DNA of 24,000 nucleotides from Metamycoplasmataceae bacterium (GTDB lineage Bacteria; Bacillota_I; Bacilli_A; Mycoplasmatales; Metamycoplasmataceae): NCBI GenBank assembly GCA_965263245.1, contig CBDHHR010001146.1, positions 782,244 to 806,243 of the forward strand, read 5' to 3'. Shown piece by piece: positions 1 to 9,450 of this stretch (position 1 is its first letter; each line of letters starts with the position of its first letter). The notes under the pieces were generated by a model. It saw only the letters and a program-made list of their open reading frames with translations, ran no database searches and was not told where the DNA came from. The position numbers and the translations under genes were made by a program.

Positions 1-465
1 TGCAAAATTAAAAGTTCCTCTATCTCATCAAGGTGTAAAAAATATGTTTCTAACATAATTATAAATCATTCTATCTATTGTATTACCTAGTACTCCGGCA
101 AATAAAAATGAAAATCCCACTATAAACATTTTTTTTCTACTAAAAAAAATCAAAACCATAATAATAAACAATATTAACCAAGAATAAATGATTATCACTA
201 AATTACTAAAATCAATTTTTAGAAAATCAGTAAACGTGGTTGTTTTATGTGCCTGACTTCTAAAAGCAATTATTTTTAAGTCGCTTTTTGTTTCGCCAAA
301 TTGATCATAAGCGCCTGGAAAATTAAAGAAAATACTTTTTATTAATAAATCTATTAGAACTAAAAAACCAATGATTAATAATGAAATTAAAAAATTAATT
401 ATCACTTTTTTTTGGTTTTTTTTATCAAGTAAAAATTGAAAAATTTTAGATTTGTTTTTTTTCAT
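1..465 (-). CDS. lspA: Lipoprotein signal peptidase (signal peptidase II); 3' end runs off the left edge of the window
   Basis: Track ORF 28..483 is multi-pass hydrophobic and carries GNTIDR, an LspA catalytic-Asp motif. Its 'stop' at 28-30 is TGA; read as Trp, the frame continues WWDRGTFNFA to base 1. I prefer ATG 463-465 (MKKNKSK) to the TTG start used by the track. The gene lies directly downstream of ileS, the classic ileS-lspA pairing. Confidence 0.85.
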
Positions 466-507
466 ATAAAAATAATAACACAATTAATTTTGAATAATTT
501 TTTAAAA

Positions 508-3183
508 TTATGAAATAACTTTCTCGCATCTTAAACAAAGATTTTGACTATTTAAAAGATTTTTTTCAAAATGATTTCAACATCTTTCACATTTTTTAGA
601 ATCAAATTTTTCGACTTTATTTTTATTACCAAAATTAATTTTACCAACCATTAATAATTTTTTAAGATCAAGTGATTTAATAAAATTAGAGTCAACTTTT
701 AATGTTAAAAAAGCTTCATTATTTCTCTTGATTAACTGTTCTTTTTTTGCATTTTCTAATAGTTTATAAACTTTGTTTTTAAAATTTAAAAAATCCTTAA
801 ATTTATTTTGTATTAATTTATTATTATTGCCTTTGTTTAATATTTTTTCTAAAAAAATTGATTCTTTTTTACTCTGTTTATTAAACTCTTGATATGCCTC
901 TTCAGCGGTTGTAGGTAAAATTGGAGCAATTGCTTTTAAAATAAAATCAAGCAAGTTAAAGATGTTGGTTTGAACCATTCTTCTTTCTTTTGAATTAGCG
1001 TTTTCAACGTATAAATTATCCTTGTTATAATCAAAATAAAAACTTGAAAGTTCTATTAATAAACCATTAATAATTTTTACAACGTTAACAAATTTGTAGT
1101 TTTCGTATGAATCATTAACTTCTTTTATAAAATTTTGAATTTTTTCTTCGATATACAAATGAAATCCTTCAAGTTTTGCAACCTTTTGGGATTCATCAAA
1201 ATCAAATAAATTTCCCAACATAAATTTTATTGAATTTCTAATTCTTCTATAAATTTCTACATTTTGGTTTAGTATTTCATCTGAAATTGAAACATCTGAT
1301 GTAAATTCAGAATTTGCAGTTCAAAGTCTTAAGATTTCAGCACCTTTTTGAGAAATAATTTCTAGTGGGTCTACAATGTTTCCCTTTGATTTAGACATTT
1401 TTTGTTGTTTACCATCTAAAACAAAACCATGCGAAACAAAACTTTTAAAAGGCGTTTTATTTAAATAGGCAATTGATGTAATGAGTGAACTGTTAAATCA
1501 ACCTCGGTATTGGTCAGAACCTTCTAAATAAAGATCGTACTGATCGCTTTTCATGTTAATGTCTTTCCCCCTGGTTTGCGGCATTAAATATGAAGAACCA
1601 GAATCAAATCATACATCCATAATGTCCATTTCTTTTGTAAAATTTTTATCTCTAAATTTTTTTGGTAAAAGTTGGTTAGTTTCTCATTCTCACCAAATAT
1701 TAGTTCCGTATTTTGATACTAGTTTAATAACATAATCAAAAATTTCTTCTTCAATAACAGGATTTTTATACTGATCATAAAAAACAATTATTGGTACGCC
1801 CCAAGTTCTTTGACGAGAAATAGTTCATTCATCTCTTGCTTCAATCATTTTTGAAAGTCTTGCAACTCCTCACAAAGGAACTGATTTTACTTTTTTTAAT
1901 GCGTTCAAAATATTTTTTTTAAGATTTTTTATCGAAACAAACCACTGCGGTGTTCCCCTGTAAATTATTGGTTTATGCGTTCTTCAATCAAACGGGTAAG
2001 AGTGTTTAAAAAATTTTAAAGAAAGAAGTTCGTTGTTTTTTTCTAAGAAATTTCCTATATCTTTGTTAGCATCAATGTAAAATTTTCCCTTGTAATCTCT
2101 TGCCTTATCGTTAAAATAACCTTTTTCATCAACGTGCATAATAAGATCTAAATTTTCCTTTTTTGCAATGATATAATCATCTTCACCAAATAAAGGTGCT
2201 GAATGTACTAAACCCGTTCCTGTTTCAATCGTAACATGATCACCTAAAACAACGGGTGCAACTTTATCTTTAAAAATTGGTCTTACATAATTAATTCCCA
2301 CGATTTGACTACCTTTAATAGTTTCAAAAATTTGGTATTTTTTTCATTTACAAAGCTTTGCCGTTTCTGAAACTAATTTTGAAGCAATAATGTATCTTTT
2401 ATTGTCTTTAATTACAATATCATAATCAAAATTTTTTCCAACTGCTACTCCCGAATTAGCTATTAAAGTTCATGGTGTAGTTGTCATTATTAATAAATTA
2501 TCATTTTTTTTGATTTTATTATTTCCCGTTTTAACTTTCAAAGCAACAATTATCTGGGGAGAAACATGTTCTTTATATTCAATTTCTGCCTCAGCAAGAG
2601 CTGATTGTGATGAAGGTGACCAATAAACTGGTTTAAGACCTTTAAAAATAACTTTATCCATTATTAATTTTTTAAACAATTTTAATTGTTCAACTTCAAA
2701 CTCTTTATCAAGAGTAATATATTTGTTTTCAATGTTAGCAAAAAGTTGCATTTTTTCAAATTGTGAAGATTGAATTTTTACTTGTTCTAAAGCGTATTTA
2801 GCAGCATATTTTCTTAACTGTAAGGGGTTAAGATCTTCTTTAGTCATTTTAAGTTCTTCAAGCATTTTATTTTCGATCGGAAGACCATGAGCATCCCAAC
2901 CAAAAACATACGGACAATAAAAACCGTTAAGAACTTTGTTTCTTATAACAATGTCTTTTAATATTTTATTAAACGCATGACCAAGGTGAAGCGAACCGTT
3001 TGCATAAGGAGGTCCATCGTGCAGCCTAAATTTTTTATTATTTTTATTATTTTCTAACGCTTTTTCATAAATGTTATTTTCTTTTCAAAATTTTCTAAAT
3101 AAAACTTCTTTTGAAATTAAATTCGCTTTCATTTCAAACTTTGTTTTTGGCATTAATAAAGTATCTTTTCATTTTTTTGACAT
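508..3183 (-). CDS. ileS: Isoleucyl-tRNA synthetase (about 891 aa once TGA=Trp fragments are joined)
   Basis: Track fragments 577..1221, 1984..2301 and 2470..2865 share one minus frame and join through in-frame TGA codons. Hand translation from ATG 3181-3183 gives [22 protein letters not shown]...[23 protein letters not shown] (HIGH-type motif) and [17 protein letters not shown] is encoded near 1385-1405. The C-terminus has two CxxC pairs (CERC, then CLRC after a TGA-Trp) before TAA 508-510. An AGAGGAA Shine-Dalgarno lies upstream. Confidence 0.95.
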
Positions 3184-3361
3184 AATGTTCCTCTTTAAAA
3201 AATTAACATTTAAAATTAATCAATTATTTTTATACAATAAATTTTTATTCACTTATAAAACGAGATAAATTCATTTATAAAATTCAAACTAATAATCATT
3301 TTACTAAATTATTTTCCCTTTTTATAGTTTAACATTAAATTTATTATTTTTATTATATATT

Positions 3362-3393
3362 AAAAACACCACTTAAAATAAGGTGGTGTTTTT
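3362..3393 (-). terminator. Rho-independent terminator after the permease gene, bidirectional in form
   Basis: AAAAACACCAC (3362-3372) pairs perfectly with GTGGTGTTTTT (3383-3393) and can be extended by 2 more pairs around a ~6-nt loop. An A-run and a T-run flank the GC core. It begins 11 nt after the permease stop codon (3404-3406). Confidence 0.75.
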
Positions 3394-3403
3394 AAAAGTT
3401 TTT

Positions 3404-4897
3404 TTATTGTTCTGTTGGTAAATGAACTGGATCAATTTTTTCGTATTTTTTCATTAATCGACTATTTATCACTGGTAATAATAAGAAGATAGTTCAGAAT
3501 GAAGCATTAATTAAGAACAGGTGAGTTTTGTTAAAAAGTTGTTCACCAATTTTTATTTTTTGGGCTCAACCTACTTCGTCTATGTAAACGTTAGGGTTTT
3601 GTCATAAATCAAGTGTTTGAGTGTAAAATATTTGTCAACCCATTATGAAGAAAATTCCTATTACTGCACTTCAAGAAGCAAATTGAAACAATCTTTTTGA
3701 AACTTTTTTAGTGTCAAAAAATTTATCTCTTTTAAGTGTATAAAATAAGATTGTTAACCCATATACTCCGAAAAATAATAATGTTGGAAAATTAGTAAAT
3801 TCATCAATTAAAAAATCTTTATTCATAATCAATGAAGGAATTGTAATAACCAACATTCAGAATGTATAAATAATTGCTGCAAGAATTCATGATGCTTTTG
3901 TTTTTCCGAATTTTGATATTAATTTTTTAGCTCCAAAAAACGTTGGTCTTTCAACAGCCTCTTCAAATAAAGTGATTGAAGATGTAACAAACCCGTTATG
4001 AACTCCGTAAGCAGAAACAAAAATAAATAAAGAAACAAAAATAGAAACTGCTGTTTTAGAACTTGTTGGTAATGAATCAGCTATAATCCCTTCGATTTTT
4101 CCTTGAGAGTGTAAAATTGAAGAAATTGTTACTAAAGAATACAGTGTGATAATAAAAAGCATTCCAACTATTATAACTTTTGAAACCGTTTTTTGACCAC
4201 CTTTTGTTTTGTTTGTTAACTGTGAAGAATTTAAAAATGCATCATAAGCAAATAAAACGGCCGGAAGTGCAGCAATTAATTTTGAAAAATCAAATGCTGT
4301 TCCGTTTGTAAAGGCATTTTCTCCGCCTTCAAGATTATGAGTGTTTGCTAATGCAATTCCAACAATGATTGCAATTATTAAAGGAAGAATTTTTAAACCC
4401 GTTGTAACAATTTGAATAATTCCGGAAATATAAACAGAAATTATTCTAATCACAATTGGAATAATTATTAAAAATATTGCCGCGATTGTGTGTACCCAAA
4501 CGTCTGGGTGTGAACTAATGCCACCTGTTGATATTAAAAAATCAAAAAATGCAAATGAAATATAATAACCAAATGCCGGAATAAAAAGTCCGTAGTAAAT
4601 AAATACAAAATTAAATCTTGTAAAATAACCAAACTTTTTACCAGCTATTTTTTCTGCTCAACCTGGTAAACCAGAAACCTTTCCTGTTTTCATTGAACCA
4701 ATTTCTGAAAATGAAATAGCTGCTGAAAGTGATAATAAACCACCAACAATTCAAGCTAATAATCATGCAGTAGAATTTGCTCCTGTTGTAATTTTAACTG
4801 ATTCGTTTTTAAAGAATATCCCAATACCAATAACACTACCTACAAGCATTGCAAGTGACATTCAAAAACCAATTTTTCTAGCGTTTTTTATCGTCAT
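3404..4897 (-). CDS. APC-superfamily amino acid/polyamine-type permease (about 497 aa); substrate unknown
   Basis: Track fragments 3671..3856 and 3887..4453 are in one frame. I checked the frame codon by codon from TAA 3404-3406 up to 3673 and found only TGA interruptions. The N-terminus from ATG 4895-4897 reads MTIKNARKIGFWMSLAMLVGSVIGIGIFFKNE, a typical APC TM1 G-rich motif. The protein is hydrophobic throughout. GAAAGGAAAA Shine-Dalgarno. Confidence 0.8.
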
Positions 4898-4921
4898 GTT
4901 TTTCCTTTCTAATTTAAATAT

Positions 4922-4996
4922 TTACGATTTATTAAAAATAGACATCCGAGAATGAACCCCGTATAAAAGACTAAAAAACTTATAATAAAAATTCAT
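4922..4996 (-). CDS. Candidate 24-aa sORF or leader peptide (MNFYYKFFSLLYGVHSRMSIFNKS) in the permease 5' leader
   Basis: ATG 4994-4996 is preceded by AGAAAGGAAAA with 7-nt spacing, the same Shine-Dalgarno string used by the permease. TAA at 4922-4924 lies 24 nt before the permease ATG. The sORF sits downstream of the TGTTATAAT promoter at 5066-5074. No homology evidence is possible here. Confidence 0.3.
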   Translation of the reverse strand: MNFYYKFFSLLYGVHSRMSIFNKS

Positions 4997-5065
4997 AAAT
5001 ATTTTCCTTTCTTTTAAAAAATCAATAAAAATACAAATTTAATAAAAAATTAATACACTTTTGCT

Positions 5066-5074
5066 ATTATAACA
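5066..5074 (-). promoter_or_regulatory. Extended -10 promoter (TGTTATAAT) for the sORF/permease transcript
   Basis: The minus strand reads TGTTATAAT, an exact TGnTATAAT. It lies in the ftsZ-permease intergenic region, about 70 nt upstream of the sORF ATG. Confidence 0.45.
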
Positions 5075-5142
5075 TTAAAAATATTAAAAATAAAATATTT
5101 TTTTTGGTAGTTTAAAATTAATAACAATTTTTTATTTTTTTA

Positions 5143-6336
5143 TTATTTTAAGAATGCCGGGAGATCATCATCTTCAATTTCGTCTGAAATATCAAACGGG
5201 GTATTTTGAAGGTCAACTTCATCAGTGATAGTTATTTTTTCATCTTCAGGAAGCGGATCTTCAACAAGCATTTCTTTGGTTTTTTCATTTTCAAGTTTAA
5301 TGTCTAGTGTTTCAATTGTTTTAGAAATCTCTTCTTTAATTTCTTTATCGGTTAGTTCTTCACTATCTGAAGAAAGACCAGTAGCAATAACTGAAACTTC
5401 AATGTTGTCTCCAAGATTTTCGTTAACACTAATTCCAAAAATAATTACAAGATCACTTCCGGTTGCTTCTTTTATTGTTTCCGAAGCTTTTTGTGCTTCT
5501 TCAAGTGTAACATCTGAACCAGAAATGTTAATTATTGCGTGTGAAGCACCTTTAATTGAAGTTTCAAGAATTGGTGAAGAAATAGCGTGAATAGCTGCTT
5601 TAAATGCTCTGTCTTCACCATTAGCTTTTCCAATTCCGATTAGTGCTGATCCTTTACCTTTCATAACCGAAGTAACATCAGCAAAATCAAGGTTAATTAG
5701 TGAAGGAACAACGATTAAATCGGTAATTGTTCTAATTGTGTGTTTAACAACTTTGTCGGCATACATAAATGATTCTTTGAACGAAATACCACCAAACTGT
5801 TGAAGTAACTTATCGTTTGAAACAACGATTAATGAATCTGTATTTTCCTTTATGTTTATTAAACCTAGTTCAGCATTTTTCTTTCTTTGCGTACCTTCAA
5901 AACTAAATGGTGTTGTGACAACGCCAATTGTTAATGCACCCATGTCTTTTGCAATTTTTGCAATTATAGGTCCTGCACCCGTTCCGGTTCCACCACCCAT
6001 TCCAGCGGCAATAATAACCATATCAGCACCTTCAAGTGTTTCTTTAATAAGTTTTTCAGACTCAAGAGCAGCTTGTCTTCCTTTTACAGGATCAGCTCCT
6101 GAACCTAAACCTTTTGTAGAATTTTCTCCAAGTGGTAAGATAACATCAGAAATTGTGTTATTTAAAGCTTGTTCGTCAGTGTTAGCAACGATAAATTGAA
6201 CACCTTTAATTTTTTCTTTAATCATTGAATGAATGGTGTTATTACCACCACCACCTACACCAATAACTTTAATATCTACAAAGTTTTTAACTTCTTTTTG
6301 AAACTCTTGATTGTTGTCGTTATTATTTTCTTGCAT
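5143..6336 (-). CDS. ftsZ: Cell division GTPase FtsZ (397 aa)
   Basis: Intact track ORF. Contains VIGVGGGGNN and the tubulin signature GMGGGTGTGAGPIIAKIA. It has an acidic C-terminal linker ending in DDDLPAFLK, the conserved FtsZ C-terminal peptide. AGGAG Shine-Dalgarno; true TAA stop. Confidence 0.97.
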   Translation of the reverse strand: MQENNNDNNQEFQKEVKNFVDIKVIGVGGGGNNTIHSMIKEKIKGVQFIVANTDEQALNNTISDVILPLGENSTKGLGSGADPVKGRQAALESEKLIKETLEGADMVIIAAGMGGGTGTGAGPIIAKIAKDMGALTIGVVTTPFSFEGTQRKKNAELGLINIKENTDSLIVVSNDKLLQQFGGISFKESFMYADKVVKHTIRTITDLIVVPSLINLDFADVTSVMKGKGSALIGIGKANGEDRAFKAAIHAISSPILETSIKGASHAIINISGSDVTLEEAQKASETIKEATGSDLVIIFGISVNENLGDNIEVSVIATGLSSDSEELTDKEIKEEISKTIETLDIKLENEKTKEMLVEDPLPEDEKITITDEVDLQNTPFDISDEIEDDDLPAFLK

Positions 6337-7555
6337 TATGAATTACTCCTATCTTATTTAATATTTTATCAAATAAAGATTTTGAATTTTGTTTTTTGTT
6401 ATAAATGATTTCAACTGATTTTGTATTCGTAAAAACCGTTTCGTTTCATTTAATTTTTAAAATTTCGTCTTTAATTTCATCGTATTTTATAAGTCCTAAA
6501 TTGTTCATGTTTTCGTTGTTTTTTTCAATAAATGAAGTTGGTCTGTATAAATAAACATCATTATTTTCAAAAGAATCTTGTAATTTTTTCTTTATTCCGC
6601 TAATTTGAAGTGAATTTTTAGAGAAAATTATTGGTAATTTTATGATTCTTTTGTTTTTTAAATATCCTTTAATTAAGCCAAAAAGTTTTGATAAGTAAAG
6701 GTTAATGATTTTATTTAGTTCAATATTAGTGAAAGATTTGTTTTTAAAGTGTATTTCCTCTGAAAAAATTATTTTATGATTATGCATGTTTAAATTTCCA
6801 TAAACCTTGATTAAATTAATTGCGTCTTTTTGCGAACAATTAAAATAATTTTTAATTCCTCTTACTAAATCTTCAAAACCAAAATCATAAATTGTAAACG
6901 AATCAAACGTACCACCAAATTTATTAATTGTTAAATTAACATAATTACTTTGAATATCAATTAGTATTGAGCCTTTTCAAATTGCGTTTTTAGAAAGTTT
7001 AGAAAGACTGTTAGCATAATCAGAAAACAATATTTCTTTATGTTCAAGGTTGCATTTTTTTAAAAGGGTAGTTATATATTTAAAAATTTTTTTATTAATG
7101 GTTGTAACAATGCTTTTGATTTTTAAATAATTACCTTTTTTTGAATAAGGAGCTTTTGAATATTTTTTTGTAATTAAATCTTTTACTTCAAATTCAAAAG
7201 GATGGATTAATATTACTTTTTCGTTTTCTTTTGAGTATTTACTCTTTATTTTTGAAAAAATATTTTCAATATCTTTTTTTGCAACAATGTTATCAATTAT
7301 GTTAATTCCTGTATTATCTAAAATAATGTTAGAAGTTATTTTTTTAGAATTTTCAAAAATAACGTTAACCTTTTTGATTTTAATGTTGATTTTTTCTTCA
7401 ATTTCTAAAACTGAATTTTTGATAAATTTTTCAGCGTTTAAAACATTTGCTTTTTTACTATAAAGTTCAATGTAGTTTGAATCAATTTTTTCAATTGATG
7501 AAAAATGAATATAACCTTTTGAAAATGATAATGTGTTATAAATTTTTCTAATCAT
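6323..7555 (-). CDS. Divergent FtsA-like (actin-fold) cell division protein, about 410 aa
   Basis: Track fragments 6446..6787 and 6977..7555 are in one frame. I traced 6323-6977 codon by codon with no TAA/TAG. Its position between rsmH and ftsZ is the FtsA slot of dcw clusters, and its size is FtsA-like. ILIDIQSNYVNLTINKFGGTFDSF resembles a degenerate actin-fold phosphate-2 (DxGGGxxD) segment. It overlaps rsmH by 8 nt and ftsZ by 14 nt. The family call rests on context plus this weak motif only. Confidence 0.55.
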
Positions 7556-8459
7556 GTTTTTCCTTTCTTTTAATTAAGGTTCTTAATTTTGCGCTTCTTG
7601 AACGATTGTTTAGTTTTATTTCTTGATTTGAAGGTTTTTTTGTTTTAACATCTCATTTTTTTTCTAAAATTATTGGTAATTTACCAGTTTTATCCTCAAT
7701 GAGTTTTTTAAAATAAGTTTTTACCATTTTATCTTCTAGAGAATGAAACGTTATTATTGAGAATCTTCCCTCTTTTTTTAATAAATTTGGACAATCTTCT
7801 AAAATTTTTTTAAGTGAATCAAGTTCATTATTTACCTCAATTCTTATAGCTTGAAAAATCGTTTTAGCTGGGTTTTTCTTCCTTATTATGGCTGCTGGAA
7901 GTGATTCTTTTATCAAAGAAACTAGTTCTAAAGTTTTTTCAATTGGTCTATTTTCGATTATTTTTTGAGCAACTTTATCTGCTAGTTTAAATTCTCCGTA
8001 ATTTTTAAAAATTTTGATAATTTCGTTTTTAGGATAATCATTAACGATTTTATAAGCGTCTAAATCTTGCATTTGGTCCATTCTCATATCAAGTTTACCG
8101 TTTTTTGAATATGAAAATCCTCGCTCAGGATTATCAATTTGGGGTGAAGATACTCCAAGATCAGCAAGAATTCCGTCAACTTTAAAAACATTTATTTTTT
8201 CTAATTCTTTTTTAACGTTTTTAAAATCAGAATGAATTAATTTAAAATTTTTATTTAATAATTTTAATTTTTTTTCACTTTCATCAACCATTAATTTATC
8301 TTTATCAAAACCAATTAATAAACCTTTACTTGAAAGTTTTTGCAGAATTTTTTGTGAATGACCACCAAGACCTAAAGTTAAATCTAGATAAATTCCGTTT
8401 TTTTTAATATTAAGACTGTTAATTGACTCGTTGAGCATTACTGGAACATGGTTTTTCAT
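7548..8459 (-). CDS. rsmH: 16S rRNA (cytosine1402-N4)-methyltransferase RsmH/MraW (about 303 aa)
   Basis: Track ORF 7653..8459 starts MKNHVPVMLNESI...YLDLTLGLGGHS and contains DLGVSSPQID and FHSLEDK, all RsmH hallmarks. The 'stop' at 7653 is TGA, and the frame continues to TAG 7548-7550. Confidence 0.95.
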
Positions 8460-8899
8460 TATATTTCCATTCCGTCTTTAAAAAGTTTCTCAGCCAGGTT
8501 TTCAAGTGAATTTTTTTCATCAAATTTTTTTAAAAATTCTAAATATTTTTTATAAGGTCAAACTTCAATTTTTGAACCAACACCAACAAACATTATTTCC
8601 TTTTTAATGTTTGTTTTTTGTTTAAAAACATCAGGTAAGATAATACGTCCTTGTTTGTCAAGTTCAACATCAAAAGTGTTACCTAAAAGTAATCTGTTAA
8701 ATATTCTGGTTTGTTTATTAAGCAAGTTATTAGACAATAACTTTTCTTTTCAAACTAAAAAATCATTTTTATTTCTTATTTCTAAGACGTTATCAAGTCC
8801 AAGTGTAATGTAAATAAAATTACCAAGATTTTTTCTTAGCTTTGATGGTATTAAGATTCTATTTTTATCGTCTAAAACTCTTTTATAATTTCCGAACAT
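8459..8899 (-). CDS. mraZ: Transcriptional regulator MraZ (146 aa)
   Basis: Hand translation from ATG 8897-8899 gives MFGNYKRVLDDKNRILIPSKLRKNLG...DKQGRIILPDVFKQ...MFVGVGSKIEVW, i.e. two DxxxR-type MraZ/SpoVT-AbrB half-domains. One internal TGA (Trp) hid it from the track. Its TAA overlaps the rsmH ATG by 1 nt (TAATG). Confidence 0.93.
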
Positions 8900-8902
8900 A
8901 AT

Positions 8903-8932
8903 TTACCACTTTTAACCATTTATTACCACAAT
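8903..8932 (-). promoter_or_regulatory. Candidate MraZ operator: three direct repeats with exact 10-bp phasing
   Basis: The minus strand reads TTGTGGTAAT AAATGGTTAA AAGTGGTAAA followed by TT and the mraZ ATG. Plus-strand units are ttaccacttt (8903), taaccattta (8913) and ttaccacaat (8923). The boxes are GTGGTAA, ATGGTTA and GTGGTAA. They lie between the -10 element and the start codon. Confidence 0.6.
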
Positions 8933-8933
8933 C

Positions 8934-8942
8934 ATTTTAACA
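8934..8942 (-). promoter_or_regulatory. Extended -10 element (TGTTAAAAT) of the mraZ/dcw promoter
   Basis: The minus strand reads TATGTTAAAATGAT immediately upstream of the three-box operator, so transcription would start inside or next to the distal box. Confidence 0.45.
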
Positions 8943-9004
8943 TAAAAAAAGACTTTATTAGTCTATATAAAATAAAAATTGGAGAAACAAAGCAATAAGT
9001 TCTT

Positions 9005-9256
9005 GTTTGTTTACAAAGTGGTAACTTTCGATAAAATTGATTATAAAAAGAATTGCTATGAAAAAAAATAAGCATAATGTTGTTTTTGTTAATGAAAAAA
9101 TACATAAAATTGATATTAAAAATAAAAAGTTATAGTTTGTAAACAAAGTGATAAGTTCCTATTTTCTTCAATTTGTAAATTTGCTTATATAAAGAAGTTT
9201 TTATAACAGAAAATAGAGATAGTACCATTTTCATCAATAAAAAATTACATAAAATT
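9005..9256. repeat. Two degenerate tandem units (~130-145 nt) in the long mraZ-rpmF spacer
   Basis: gtttgtttacaaagtggtaa (9005-9024) matches gtttgtaaacaaagtgataa (9135-9154), exactly 130 nt apart. aaaaatacataaaattgat (near 9097-9114) matches aaaaattacataaaatttat (near 9241-9259). A weaker third copy, aaaattacattaaaatt, lies at 9401-9417. Similarity was judged by eye only. Confidence 0.35.
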
Positions 9257-9450
9257 TATGCTAGAAATATATTAAGTTAATTTAAAGTTATTTTTCTTGT
9301 TATTTTTACACAAGTATGATAAAAAATTAATTTAACTTTTTTAAACACTTTAATTATTTTTAGACATATATTAATAAGAAGAAGAAATTTTTAATATAAT
9401 AAAATTACATTAAAATTATTATCTTCTCTTTAACGAAAGGCAATGTTTAA

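Noticed and set aside
3184-3361. T-box riboswitch leader upstream of ileS
   Set aside because: The leader is short and almost pure A+T. It has no T-box consensus (AGGGTGGNACCGCG-like) and no competing terminator/antiterminator stems.
5225-6199. Plus-strand ORFs 5225..5590 and 5852..6199
   Set aside because: They are antisense to the highly conserved ftsZ, and their S/P/I-rich low-complexity translations are shadow ORFs. The same reasoning applies to 1553..1735 and 3071..3268 (antisense to ileS), 8607..8813 (mraZ), 14957..15184, 15581..15766 and 15917..16153 (alpha-like), 18895..19116 (epsilon-like), 19827..20108, 21089..21412 and 21558..21908.
8921-8930. tattaccaca as a DnaA box (TTATCCACA-like), with the long AT-rich spacer as a replication origin
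   Set aside because: It mismatches the consensus. No cluster of such boxes and no dnaA/dnaN genes lie nearby. The phased three-box MraZ operator explains the sequence better.
8944-8965. Hairpin AGACT-AATAA-AGTCT followed by T7 on the minus strand, as a terminator insulating mraZ from rpmF read-through
   Set aside because: The stem is only 5 bp with 2 G:C pairs, too weak to call. It also overlaps the expected -35 region of the mraZ promoter.
8958-9146. Minus-strand 62-aa hydrophobic ORF in the mraZ-rpmF spacer, and the 62-aa minus ORF at 9551..9739
   Set aside because: Neither has a Shine-Dalgarno. Both have extreme F/L/I composition from AT-rich DNA. The first spans the degenerate repeat units, and the second is antisense to the more protein-like plus-strand reading.
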